Part shown: positions 36,288 to 44,751 of the stretch, piece by piece
How the letters are laid out: each line of letters starts with the position of its first letter
Numbering within the stretch: position 1 is the stretch's first letter
Source of the DNA: an uncultured Opitutaceae bacterium
Lineage (GTDB): Bacteria; Verrucomicrobiota; Verrucomicrobiia; Opitutales; Opitutaceae
Direction: 5' to 3'
DNA length: 54,934 nucleotides
Assembly (NCBI GenBank): GCA_964496645.1
Contig: CAZCAJ010000023.1
Coordinates: 1-54,934, forward strand
Made by a program: the position numbers and the translations under genes
The notes under the pieces: model-generated
The model's input: the letters and a program-made list of their open reading frames with translations, nothing else
Databases searched by the model: none
What the model was told of the DNA's origin: nothing

Positions 36288-36674
36288 ATGAGCGTTCGAA
36301 TCGTGCGCCTGGGAACGCCGCGTGCGGACGGGGAGGGAACGAGGATCGGAACGGTCCGACGCCCTCCCCGCGGAGTGCCGAAGGCGCTGTTCTCGGCCGA
36401 GGACTGGTATGATGTTTGGTTCCCGAACCTCGCACCCAGCGTCGCGACGATGAAGCTCGGCCACCAGGCCGCGTCGCCCGCGCAATGGTCCGCGTTTGCG
36501 AGGCGATACAGGGCCGAGATGGCGTCGCCCGAGGCCAGACACGACCTGGAGCTCCTGGCCGCGCTGTCGCACTCGGCCGACTTCTCGGTGGGCTGCTACT
36601 GCGAGGACGAGGGGCATTGCCACCGCTCGGTCCTTAGGCGGCTTCTCGTCGAGAACGGGGCGAAGGTCGTGTAG
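36288..36674 (+). CDS. DUF488 (YeaO-like) family protein
   Basis: 128 aa; the VRRPPRGVPKALFSAEDWYDVWFPNLAPS pattern matches E. coli YeaO (RLWPRGIKKTDLALDEWDKEITPS); Cys/His-rich C-terminus CYCEDEGHCHRS. Confidence 0.65.
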   Translation: MSVRIVRLGTPRADGEGTRIGTVRRPPRGVPKALFSAEDWYDVWFPNLAPSVATMKLGHQAASPAQWSAFARRYRAEMASPEARHDLELLAALSHSADFSVGCYCEDEGHCHRSVLRRLLVENGAKVV

Positions 36675-36685
36675 CCACGCTGCCG

Positions 36686-37183
36686 TTGAGCAAGGAGCAC
36701 CCCCTCGGCCGGCTCGGAGCCAAGGAAGGCGATCACCCGGACGTGATCGCGCTTCCGCCGCTCATCTTTCTCTTGTTCTTCGCCGCGGGGATCGGCTCGC
36801 ACCTTGCCTGGCCCATTCGCGTGGGCCCCGCCGGCGCAATCCATGCGGCCGGCGCGGTCCTGAGCCTCGTTTCGGCGGCTCTGGCCCTCTGGGCGCGGCA
36901 GGCGATGAAGGCGGGCGGCACCTACGTGCGCCCGGATCGGCCGACCCTGGCGATCGTCACAGGCGGGCCATTCAGGTACACGCGCAACCCCCTGTACCTG
37001 TCCCTGTGCCTGCTGCAGGCGGCCACCGGACTACTGGCCGATGACTGGATCCCGCTCCTCCTGGCGGCGCCCTTGGCCCTCGCGCTGCACTTCGGGGCCG
37101 TGTTGAGGGAGGAGGCCTACCTGGAACGGAAGTTCGGGGTCACCTATCTGGACTTCAAGCGGCGGGTCAGGCGCTGGGTGTGA
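36686..37183 (+). CDS. ICMT/PEMT-family methyltransferase membrane protein (paralogue 2)
   Basis: TTG start (alternative GTG at residue 20); motif GGPFRYTRNPLY...REEAYLERKFGVTYLDFKRRVRRWV; 4 TM helices. Confidence 0.65.
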   Translation: MSKEHPLGRLGAKEGDHPDVIALPPLIFLLFFAAGIGSHLAWPIRVGPAGAIHAAGAVLSLVSAALALWARQAMKAGGTYVRPDRPTLAIVTGGPFRYTRNPLYLSLCLLQAATGLLADDWIPLLLAAPLALALHFGAVLREEAYLERKFGVTYLDFKRRVRRWV

Positions 37184-37213
37184 CTCTTGGGCGGATGAAG
37201 CCGACATGACCCG

Positions 37214-38023
37214 ATGAAGACGACCTGGAGTTTGGCGACAGCCTCGGGGCTTGCGGGCATGGTCCTTGGGGTGGCCGGCTGCGAGGCACTGGTTAAACCC
37301 TCGCGCGATGCGAGGATATCCTCCGCCCAGGCCGGCGAGGCGCACTTCGCCGCCCGGATCGGGGAACTGCGGCGCTCGGTATTCTACATCTTGTCGAGCG
37401 ACACCATCCTTAGCCCGGGATTCTCGGTCGAAAAGGGCCATTTCACGTTCGCGCCGAGCAGCTCTGACTGGAGCGCTGCGCTGGCGGCGGGCATATCCCG
37501 CGACGGATACCTCCTGACGGCGGGCCACGTCGTGAGGAAACACAACTGGGCCGTCGGGTGGATGGACGGGAGGCTCTCGATGGCCCCGGCGGGCGTCGTC
37601 GAGAGGAGGGATTTCGGCGCGGTCGGCGCGGAATTCGCGATCCTGCGCGTCAAGGCGTCGATAGACAGCCCGCTGGCGTTTTCGGCCAAGGAGGGGTTCA
37701 GCGCGGACCTCTACGCGATGGCGGCCGAGCGGGGCGGGTCCCACGGCATCGATTGCCTCGCCGGCCGGGCCCTCAGCTACTCGAAGGCGCTGGGAGACTC
37801 GGCCTGCTTCGTCGTGCTGGCTGATCTCCCCACGTGGCACGGCGACAGCGGCGGCCCGGTGCTTTCGTCCGACGGAGACCTTGTCGGCGTGGACGTGGGG
37901 TGGACGTTCACGTCGCTGTTCTCCAAGCCGGTCAAGACCGTCTGCTGCCCCAATCCCGCCCTGGTCCGCTCGATCATGGGCAAGGACCGGGGAATGGCCC
38001 CAGGGACGGAAGGTCGGTTGTAG
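37214..38023 (+). CDS. Trypsin-like (S1/chymotrypsin fold) serine protease, lipoprotein
   Basis: Lipobox GVAGC; catalytic His in TAGHVV and Ser in GDSGGPV; 269 aa. Confidence 0.75.
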   Translation: MKTTWSLATASGLAGMVLGVAGCEALVKPSRDARISSAQAGEAHFAARIGELRRSVFYILSSDTILSPGFSVEKGHFTFAPSSSDWSAALAAGISRDGYLLTAGHVVRKHNWAVGWMDGRLSMAPAGVVERRDFGAVGAEFAILRVKASIDSPLAFSAKEGFSADLYAMAAERGGSHGIDCLAGRALSYSKALGDSACFVVLADLPTWHGDSGGPVLSSDGDLVGVDVGWTFTSLFSKPVKTVCCPNPALVRSIMGKDRGMAPGTEGRL

Positions 38024-38150
38024 CCGAGGCCGCTTTTCGCGGCGCGCAGTACCGGGTAGAGCCCGGGCTCCGGCGCACGCCGCCTTGCGCCGGCCCGGTT
38101 GGCGCCCCAAGGTGTCGCCCCAAGACGCAAGCGCGACAGCCGGTCACCCA

Positions 38151-38570
38151 ATGCGAATCAAGACGACCACGGTCACGGCGAACGACGAAGTGCTTGGCCG
38201 GGTCAGACTGGTCCACCCGTATGCGTGGCTCTGGGAGGCGCTCGAGTCCGAGGCCTCGTTCCTGCTGCGTCCGATGTTTGGAACCAAGGCCGCATACCTC
38301 GACGGCAGGCTTGTCCTCTGCTTCTCGGCGCGGGAGGAGCCCTGGCGCGGCGTGCTCGTCTGCACCGATCGCGAGCACCACGAGTCGCTGATCGCCGAAT
38401 TCCCGGCGCTGGCGCCGCATCCGGTGCTGCCGAAGTGGCTCTATCTTTCCGACTCGATCGACGCGTTCGACAGGCTGGCGGAGCGGCTCGTCTCCCTGGC
38501 GAGGGGGCGCGACCCGCGCATCGGGGTCGACCCAAGGGACAGGAGGCGAAGCCGTGCCCGGAAAGCCTAG
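38151..38570 (+). CDS. Hypothetical protein (139 aa), possibly a YjbR/TfoX-N-like small alpha/beta protein
   Basis: ORF in codon-biased frame with a basic C-terminal tail; no confident family assignment. Confidence 0.45.
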   Translation: MRIKTTTVTANDEVLGRVRLVHPYAWLWEALESEASFLLRPMFGTKAAYLDGRLVLCFSAREEPWRGVLVCTDREHHESLIAEFPALAPHPVLPKWLYLSDSIDAFDRLAERLVSLARGRDPRIGVDPRDRRRSRARKA

Positions 38571-39024
38571 CCGGCGCCGCGGCGTTGGCGGAGGCCGCCC
38601 CGCGCTCAAGATACGCCGCTTCAGGACGAGCGACAGCGCCGCCGTCGTTGGCCTGTGGCGGCGCTGCGGGCTGGTGCGGCCCGCAAACGATCGCTTTAAG
38701 GACATCGCAAGGAAGCTGAGGGTACGAGGGGACCTTTTCCTGGTCGGGCTCCGAGGCGGGCAGATCGTTGCGTCGGTCATGGTCGGGTACGAGGGGCATC
38801 GGGGATGGATCAATTACCTCGGGGTCTCCCCTGATTATCTGAAGCTGGGGTACGGCCGCAGGATGATGGGCGAGGCGGAGCGGCTCCTGCGCGCGGAAGG
38901 ATGCGCGAAGATCAACCTCCAGGTGCGCAGGTCAAACACCGGGGCGGCGGCGTTCTACGCCGCGATCGGCTTTGCGCAGGACGACGTCCTGAGCTATGGC
39001 AAGCGCTTGGAATATGACTCATAG
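38554..39024 (+). CDS. GNAT family N-acetyltransferase
   Basis: 156 aa; IRRFRTSDSAAVVGLWRRCGL N-terminus and the Q/RxxGxG/A-type acetyl-CoA motif LGYGRRMMGEAE; overlaps the upstream ORF by 17 nt. Confidence 0.7.
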   Translation: MPGKPSRRRGVGGGRPALKIRRFRTSDSAAVVGLWRRCGLVRPANDRFKDIARKLRVRGDLFLVGLRGGQIVASVMVGYEGHRGWINYLGVSPDYLKLGYGRRMMGEAERLLRAEGCAKINLQVRRSNTGAAAFYAAIGFAQDDVLSYGKRLEYDS

Positions 39025-39457
39025 AAAGCCCGGCCTGCGCCGCGCCGCCAAGGAGCAGGCCCCCCGGCCGCCGTCCGGCGCCGAATTGGGGGCCGCGCTG
39101 GGCCCGTCGCACGGCGTCTGGCTCGAGCTGATCGCCGCGATGAAGGCCGAGTTCCCGCTGATCGAGGAGGCCTGGAGGCCATCGAAGGTCGAATTCGGTC
39201 GCATCTGCCTGCTCAAGGTCGGGGCGCGCACGCTGCTCTACCTCATCCCCTCGGCCCCGGGGTTCGACGTCTCCGCGGTCCTCGGAGAACGGGCGGTGGA
39301 GCTCGCGATGGCCAGCGATCTGCCCGCGGCAGTGAAGAAGCAGCTAGCGGAGGCCCGGCGCTACGCCGAGGGACGGGGTGTCAGGATCGCGATGACCTCG
39401 CTCGACCTGGTACCCGTCGTCCGCAAGCTGGCTGCAATCAAGGCGACCCCGCGGTGA
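39014..39457 (+). CDS. Hypothetical protein, DUF3788-like
   Basis: About 147 aa from MTHRKP (the track ORF begins at 38996); overlaps the GNAT gene 3' end; family assignment is from memory only. Confidence 0.45.
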   Translation: MTHRKPGLRRAAKEQAPRPPSGAELGAALGPSHGVWLELIAAMKAEFPLIEEAWRPSKVEFGRICLLKVGARTLLYLIPSAPGFDVSAVLGERAVELAMASDLPAAVKKQLAEARRYAEGRGVRIAMTSLDLVPVVRKLAAIKATPR

Positions 39458-39527
39458 AGGGGCCTTCGGGCGCCGGCCGCGCCAACGCAACCTTGACCTC
39501 GGTCGTGCGCTCAATGAGCTTGCCGGG

Positions 39528-40055
39528 GTGAACACCAAAACCCTTTGCAAGGCGCTCCTGGCGCCGTGCCTCTGCGCCGTGCTGATCGGATGCGCCTCGA
39601 AGACGAAAGACAGCGGATTCAGGGTCGTCCCGATGGGCAACGACACCTACTCGATCACCTGCGAGGCCAGGAACGCCTTCGACAGGGACACCGATCGCCT
39701 GAAGGACGACGCCACGGCGGCCGCCAACAACTACTGCGCGACGCAGAACAAGCAGATGAAGCTGGTCTCGCTGACGTCGGACGTCCCCCTGTTCAGCACG
39801 GGCTATGCGAAGGCCAAGATCGTCTTCAAGGCCTTGAACCCGGGGACTCCGGAGGCTGCGAGCGAGTCCGCCACCGCCGAGGCGGCCGCACCCGCGGTGG
39901 CGCCCGCGCCCGCCGTGGAGTCCGCAAAGAGGGCGCTGACGACCGACGACCTTTACGCCCAGCTCACCAAGCTCGACGACCTCCGAAAGAAGGGCATCCT
40001 CACCGACGAGGAGTTTCAGGCGGAGAAGAGGAAGCTGCTGAGCCGGTCGAATTGA
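39528..40055 (+). CDS. Lipoprotein with C-terminal SHOCT domain
   Basis: GTG start; lipobox VLIGCAS; Ala/Pro-rich linker; C-terminal DDLYAQLTKLDDLRKKGILTDEEFQAEKRKLL is the short C-terminal (SHOCT) signature. Confidence 0.7.
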   Translation: MNTKTLCKALLAPCLCAVLIGCASKTKDSGFRVVPMGNDTYSITCEARNAFDRDTDRLKDDATAAANNYCATQNKQMKLVSLTSDVPLFSTGYAKAKIVFKALNPGTPEAASESATAEAAAPAVAPAPAVESAKRALTTDDLYAQLTKLDDLRKKGILTDEEFQAEKRKLLSRSN

Positions 40056-40100
40056 GGGCGCCCCGGGCCCAGGAGCGGCCCGCCACAGCGCCGAGCCCCC

Positions 40101-40595
40101 ATGGCGCAGGTCGTTGACATCATCACCGCAGAGTCCCCGGCCGCGCCGGCGGTCTCCCAGGCGAGCGTCCGGGCGGTTCCCGGGCAGGGGCTCAGGGGCG
40201 ACCGGTACTTCAGCGGGACCGGAACGTTCTCGCCCCATCCCCAGAAGCCCGACTTCGAGGTGACGCTGATCCAGAAGGAGCATATCGACGCGTTCGCCTT
40301 GAGCGCCGGGATCACCTTCACCGCGCGCGACGCCCGCCGGAACCTGGTCACCGCCGGGCTGGACCTGAACGCCCTGGTCGGGCGCGAGTTCCAGGTCGGA
40401 AGCGTCCGCATCCGGGGAATCCGTCTGTGCGAACCGTGCAGCCACCTTGCGAAGCTCACGTCGCCCGAGGTCCTCCGCGGCCTTCTTCACAAGGGAGGCC
40501 TGCGCGCGCAGATCATCACGGAGGGCGAGATCCGGGTGGGCGATCCCGTCGTCGTGCTCCCTCCCGGCCAGCCATCGGGCCCGGCGCCCGCCTAG
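40101..40595 (+). CDS. MOSC domain-containing protein (YiiM-like)
   Basis: 164 aa; GDRYFSG and the conserved Cys in RLCEPCSHL typical of MOSC beta-barrel proteins. Confidence 0.75.
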   Translation: MAQVVDIITAESPAAPAVSQASVRAVPGQGLRGDRYFSGTGTFSPHPQKPDFEVTLIQKEHIDAFALSAGITFTARDARRNLVTAGLDLNALVGREFQVGSVRIRGIRLCEPCSHLAKLTSPEVLRGLLHKGGLRAQIITEGEIRVGDPVVVLPPGQPSGPAPA

Positions 40596-40661
40596 CCCGG
40601 GCCCCGGGCGTTTATTAGGGCGCGGAGGGCGCCGCCCCGCGGCGGGTTTCCCTTTGATTTT
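40595..40661 (+). terminator. Tandem rho-independent terminator candidates after the MOSC gene
   Basis: Hairpin GCCCGG-GCC-CCGGGC followed by GTTTATT (40595-40616), then hairpin GCCGC-CCC-GCGGC followed by GGGTTTCCCTTTGATTTT (40631-40661). Confidence 0.55.
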
Positions 40662-40704
40662 CGGCCGAGTCCGGCCACGTTGTCCCGCTAGACCGTTTCA
40701 AGCC

Positions 40705-40899
40705 ATGAGGACGGACAACGCGCCAGCAGACCCACCTGCCGCCCACAGCGCTGCGCCCCGGAGCGGGACATCCCCGAAGAGGCTCCTGCGCCTGGTTGGC
40801 GACTTGGCCCTCGTCGCCTTCCTCGCGGCCCTCGTGGTCCTGTTCCTGTCGCACAACGGGTTCATTGGAAACGGCGAGATCCAGCCCTACCCGTATTAG
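40705..40899 (+). CDS. Small hypothetical membrane protein (64 aa, one TM helix)
   Basis: ATG 40705; hydrophobic core LVGDLALVAFLAALVVLFL; weak call in an otherwise empty 350-bp gap. Confidence 0.3.
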   Translation: MRTDNAPADPPAAHSAAPRSGTSPKRLLRLVGDLALVAFLAALVVLFLSHNGFIGNGEIQPYPY

Positions 40900-40945
40900 A
40901 GAAGCCGGCCCTGAAGCCCAAACCCGTCGCCCAAACAGGGAAGCC

Positions 40946-41353
40946 ATGGCTGGATATTCTGGCACCCCGCTCTGGAAGAAACTCGGCTACGGCGCCGGCG
41001 CCGACTGGCTCGTCGACGGCGCTCCGAGCGGCTATTCCAGGCTGCTGGCCCTGCCCGCCGGCATGGAGGTCTCGTGGCGCGCCGTGGCGCGGCCGGGGAT
41101 GGGCCACGTCCACTTGTTCGCGACTGGCGCCTCCAGGCTCGCCGCGAAGCTGAGGTCCTACCGAAGGAAGCTCGCCCCGAACGGCGTGATCTGGGTTTCG
41201 TGGCCTAAGAAGAGCTCGGGTGTGGCGACCGATATCACCGAGGACGTGGTCCGGGACCTGGCCCTGCCGATCGGGCTTGTCGACATCAAGGTTTGCGCCG
41301 TCGACGAGGTGTGGTCGGGCCTGAAGCTCATGGTTCGAAAGGAGCTGCGGTGA
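40946..41353 (+). CDS. Hypothetical protein, DUF3052-like
   Basis: 135 aa; N-terminus MAGYSGTPLWKKLGY resembles DUF3052 proteins as I recall them; a purine-rich stretch lies 6 nt upstream. Confidence 0.5.
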   Translation: MAGYSGTPLWKKLGYGAGADWLVDGAPSGYSRLLALPAGMEVSWRAVARPGMGHVHLFATGASRLAAKLRSYRRKLAPNGVIWVSWPKKSSGVATDITEDVVRDLALPIGLVDIKVCAVDEVWSGLKLMVRKELR

Positions 41354-41414
41354 CCGGGACATTAGTCGAAGGCCGCGGGGCCATGTGGGATTCACGCCGG
41401 CCCGCAGTCAATAG

Positions 41415-41810
41415 GTGAACGGGCGCCAGAACGTCTCGTCGGGCACGGCGTGGGAGCCGATCGTCGGCTACTCCCGCGCGGTCCGCGTCGGCTCGGTGGT
41501 CCACGTCTCGGGCACCACGGCTACCGGCGCGGATGGCAAGATAGTGGGCGCCGGCGACCCGTACCGCCAGACGGTGCAGGTCCTGAGGAACATCGAGTCG
41601 GCGCTGGCCCGCGCCGGCGCGTCCCTGCAGGACGTCGTGCGGACGCGCATCTATGTCATGGACATTTCCCAATGGGAGCACGTGGGCCGGGCCCACGGGG
41701 AGGTTTTCAAGGAGATAAGGCCGGCCACGAGCATGGTGGAGGTCAGCAGGCTCATCTCCCCCGAGATGCTCGTGGAGATCGAGGCCGAGGCGATAATCAT
41801 CCGGATGTGA
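41415..41810 (+). CDS. RidA/YjgF/TdcF-family protein (reactive intermediate deaminase family)
   Basis: 131 aa; GTG start immediately after an in-frame stop; VHVSGTTA and [10 protein letters not shown] motifs typical of the Rid family. Confidence 0.75.
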   Translation: MNGRQNVSSGTAWEPIVGYSRAVRVGSVVHVSGTTATGADGKIVGAGDPYRQTVQVLRNIESALARAGASLQDVVRTRIYVMDISQWEHVGRAHGEVFKEIRPATSMVEVSRLISPEMLVEIEAEAIIIRM

Positions 41811-42906
41811 GGCCGCGCGCCGGCGGCGGCGCGCCCCCTCCCGGGCCCCGGGCCTGGCCCTTCCCCGCGGAGAGTATCTGCGCCGTCCAGCGGCGGTGGG
41901 GTCCGGACAGGGCGATCGAGCCCAGGTCCCCGAGGCGGACCCAGACCAGGCCCGGGCCCGGCCTCGCACCGGGGCGGCGCACCGAATGGATCGACTCCGC
42001 GATCCGGAAGCGCGTGATCCCGCGGATATTGCGAGCGATGAGCGGCCCCTCCGCGACGCGCGCCGGATCGAGTCCCGCCTGGCGAGCGGTGGGGAGCTCG
42101 TGGAGGTCGGCAAGGCGGCGCGCGCCGGGACCGTTGCGGTGCAGGAGCACCGCGCCGGCCCTCTCGCACCACACCCGGACGACCGACCTCCGCTCGGTCC
42201 GCCTCGCCTCGAGCCTGGGAAAGGCCTCGGGGTCGCCAGCCGAGGCGCTGGCGCAGAACCCCCGCACCGGGCAGGCGGGGCAGGAGGGCCGCCGCCTCAC
42301 GCACACGGTCGCGCCCAGCTCCATCATCGCCTGGTTGTGGTCGCCGGGGTCGGCGGGATTGACGAGCTCCTGCGCAAGCGGAGCGAACGCCCTCGACGCC
42401 GATGCGCCGTCCGTGAACCGGGTCCCGTCCCGGCTGAGGCGGGCCAGGATCCGGACCACGTTGCCGTCAACGCATGCGGCGCGATCGCCGAAGGCGATGC
42501 TCGCGACCGCGGCCGCGGTGTAGGGGCCGACGCCGGGAAGCTCATCCCATCCGGCCGCGGTGCGCGGCAGGGACCCGGCGCGCGCCACCTTCCTCGCGAG
42601 CCGGTGCAGGTTGCGGGCGCGCGAGTAGTAGCCGAGTCCCTCCCAGAGCTTCAGGACCAGCGCCTCGGGGGCGGCCGCGAGCGCCTCGAAGTCCGGAAGC
42701 GCCTCCATCCATCGGGCGAAGTAGGGCAGGACGGTGGCCACCTGGGTCTGCTGGAGCATGAATTCGCTCACGACGGTCCGGTACGGCGAGGGCGACTCGC
42801 GCCAGGGCAGCGGGCGCCGGCACGCCCGGTACCAGGCGAGCAGGGCTGCCTGGAAGGCCGCGCGCCGCGCCACCAGGGCGCCCCGGGCGGAAGTTTTGCG
42901 TGTCAT
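41797..42906 (-). CDS. mutY: A/G-specific adenine DNA glycosylase MutY
   Basis: HhH-GPD core ([12 protein letters not shown]); [4Fe-4S] cluster loop [17 protein letters not shown]; C-terminal NUDIX-like domain; 369 aa. The 3' end overlaps the RidA gene 3' end by 14 nt (convergent). Confidence 0.88.
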   Translation of the reverse strand: MTRKTSARGALVARRAAFQAALLAWYRACRRPLPWRESPSPYRTVVSEFMLQQTQVATVLPYFARWMEALPDFEALAAAPEALVLKLWEGLGYYSRARNLHRLARKVARAGSLPRTAAGWDELPGVGPYTAAAVASIAFGDRAACVDGNVVRILARLSRDGTRFTDGASASRAFAPLAQELVNPADPGDHNQAMMELGATVCVRRRPSCPACPVRGFCASASAGDPEAFPRLEARRTERRSVVRVWCERAGAVLLHRNGPGARRLADLHELPTARQAGLDPARVAEGPLIARNIRGITRFRIAESIHSVRRPGARPGPGLVWVRLGDLGSIALSGPHRRWTAQILSAGKGQARGPGGGAPPPARGLTSG

Positions 42907-42936
42907 TGGCGCCAATTCTGCGAGTATTGGTCCGTC

Positions 42937-43944
42937 ATGCCCAAGCGCGGCCAGCACGACGAGGAAAAACCCAAGGCGCTGAGCACCTACACGCTCAAGC
43001 TCGACGACGCACAGATGGAGAGGCTGCGCTCGATCCTGAGCGGTCGCGGCTGGGAGTCGTTTGACGTCGCCTACGCGCGGTACGCCTTCAGGGGGAGGGA
43101 CTGCAACGTCACCGCTTACGAGAGCGGAAAGCTGGTCGTAGCCGGCAAGGGGACGGAGGAGTTCGTGACGATGACGCTCGAGCCCGAGGTCACCAAGAGG
43201 CCGGCGCTCGGGTACGACGAGGTCCACCACCCCGAGTGGTTCGAGCCGCACGCCGGCCTCGACGAGAGCGGCAAGGGCGACCTCTTCGGGCCCGTCGTGG
43301 CCGCTACGGTCATAGCGGACCGGCCGGCGATCGACGGGTGGATCAAGGCGGGCGTCAAGGACTCGAAGCGGATCGCAGAATCCCAGATCATCAAGCTCGA
43401 CAAGCTGATCCGCGCGACCCCCGGGACGGCCGTGGCCACCTGCCTCTGCGGGATGCACCGGTACAACGTCCTCATGCTGCGGCCCCACGCCAACCTGAAC
43501 CGGCTGCTCGCCTGGCAGCACGCGACGGCGCTGTCCCAGGCCCTGTCGAGGAAGAAGGTGCCCTGGGGGCTGCTCGACCAGTTCAGCAAGCAGCCGCTCA
43601 CCCAGCGGGAGCTCTCCAAGATGGGGATCAAGGACTTCGACCTGAGGATGCGCACCAAGGCCGAGGAGGACCCCGTGGTCGCCGCGGCCTCCGTCGTCGC
43701 ACGCGCCGAGTACGTTCGCCAGATGCATTCGCTCTCCAGGCGCTTCGGCGCGACGCTTCAGAAAGGAGCCGGGCCCGTCGCCAAGGAGCAGGCGGCGCAG
43801 GTCATCGCCCGCTTCGGCGCGGGCGCACTGGGCGACTTCGCCAAGCTCCATTTCCGGACGTCCTACGAGGTCGTCCTCGCCGCAGGAAAGCTGGACGAAC
43901 TGCCTCTTCCCGAGCCCAAGGAGCGGGTGGAGTGGCGGGGGTGA
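42937..43944 (+). CDS. rnhC: Ribonuclease HIII
   Basis: N-terminal DUF3378/TBP-like domain, then an RNase HII-fold with the HIII-specific active site GLDESGKGDLFGP; 335 aa; divergent from mutY with a 30-bp gap. Confidence 0.8.
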   Translation: MPKRGQHDEEKPKALSTYTLKLDDAQMERLRSILSGRGWESFDVAYARYAFRGRDCNVTAYESGKLVVAGKGTEEFVTMTLEPEVTKRPALGYDEVHHPEWFEPHAGLDESGKGDLFGPVVAATVIADRPAIDGWIKAGVKDSKRIAESQIIKLDKLIRATPGTAVATCLCGMHRYNVLMLRPHANLNRLLAWQHATALSQALSRKKVPWGLLDQFSKQPLTQRELSKMGIKDFDLRMRTKAEEDPVVAAASVVARAEYVRQMHSLSRRFGATLQKGAGPVAKEQAAQVIARFGAGALGDFAKLHFRTSYEVVLAAGKLDELPLPEPKERVEWRG

Positions 43945-43966
43945 GGGGGAGGCGCGCGTTTGCCCG

Positions 43967-44728
43967 ATGCCGAAACGCCGACAGCTGCGCAGCTTCGACC
44001 TGAAGAAGATTGAGGGTTTCGAGAGCCTGATCGGCGTGGACGAGGTCGGCCGCGGAGCGCTCGCTGGCCCCGTCGTCGCCGGCGCCGTCCTGGTGACGCG
44101 CGATTTCCTCGAGGGCCGCTGGGCCGTGTACAAGTCCGGGCGCGTCAACGACTCGAAGCAGCTCTCCGCCCCGGAGCGCGAGGCGCTCTGGGGCGAGTTC
44201 GAGGCGCTCGCGACCCAGGGGCAGATCCACGCCCACTACGGCTCGGCGAGCGTTGAGGAGATCGAGCAGCACAACATCCTCGGCGCGACCAAGCTGGCGA
44301 TGCGCCGGGCGATGGAGGGCATCTACCCGGTCGCCGCCTTCCGGCGCAGGGACGAGCCGGACCTGTTCTCCTCGGTCGAGGAGAGGGAGTCGTTCGTCCC
44401 GGCCGTCTCCTGCCGCGTGCTGGTCGACGGGCTGCCGCTCAGGGGGTTCCCGTACCCCCACACGGCCGTCGTCAGGGGCGACTCGCGGTCGCTCTGCGTC
44501 GCGATGGCGTCGATCATCGCCAAGGTGGTGCGGGACCGGATGATGGCGGAGCTTGACGCGGCGTACCCCGGGTACGGGTTCGGCAGGCACAAGGGATACG
44601 GGACCGACGACCACCGCGAGGCGGTGATGAGGCTGGGGCGCAGCCCCATCCACCGGGAGGTCTTCCTGCGCAAGCTGCTCGCCCAGCGGGTGGATCCGGA
44701 CCAGATGGATTTTCTTCCCGGCCGTTGA
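43967..44728 (+). CDS. rnhB: Ribonuclease HII
   Basis: GVDEVGRGALAGPVVAGAV active site and the DSK motif; 253 aa; lies 22 nt after rnhC. Confidence 0.88.
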   Translation: MPKRRQLRSFDLKKIEGFESLIGVDEVGRGALAGPVVAGAVLVTRDFLEGRWAVYKSGRVNDSKQLSAPEREALWGEFEALATQGQIHAHYGSASVEEIEQHNILGATKLAMRRAMEGIYPVAAFRRRDEPDLFSSVEERESFVPAVSCRVLVDGLPLRGFPYPHTAVVRGDSRSLCVAMASIIAKVVRDRMMAELDAAYPGYGFGRHKGYGTDDHREAVMRLGRSPIHREVFLRKLLAQRVDPDQMDFLPGR

Positions 44729-44751
44729 CCCCCGGGGCCGCGCGGGCAAGA

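Noticed and set aside
44725-44751. TTG start for the histidine kinase overlapping the rnhB stop
   Set aside because: Not excluded, but the first ATG (44752) gives a normal N-terminus; recorded as an alternative rather than the primary call.
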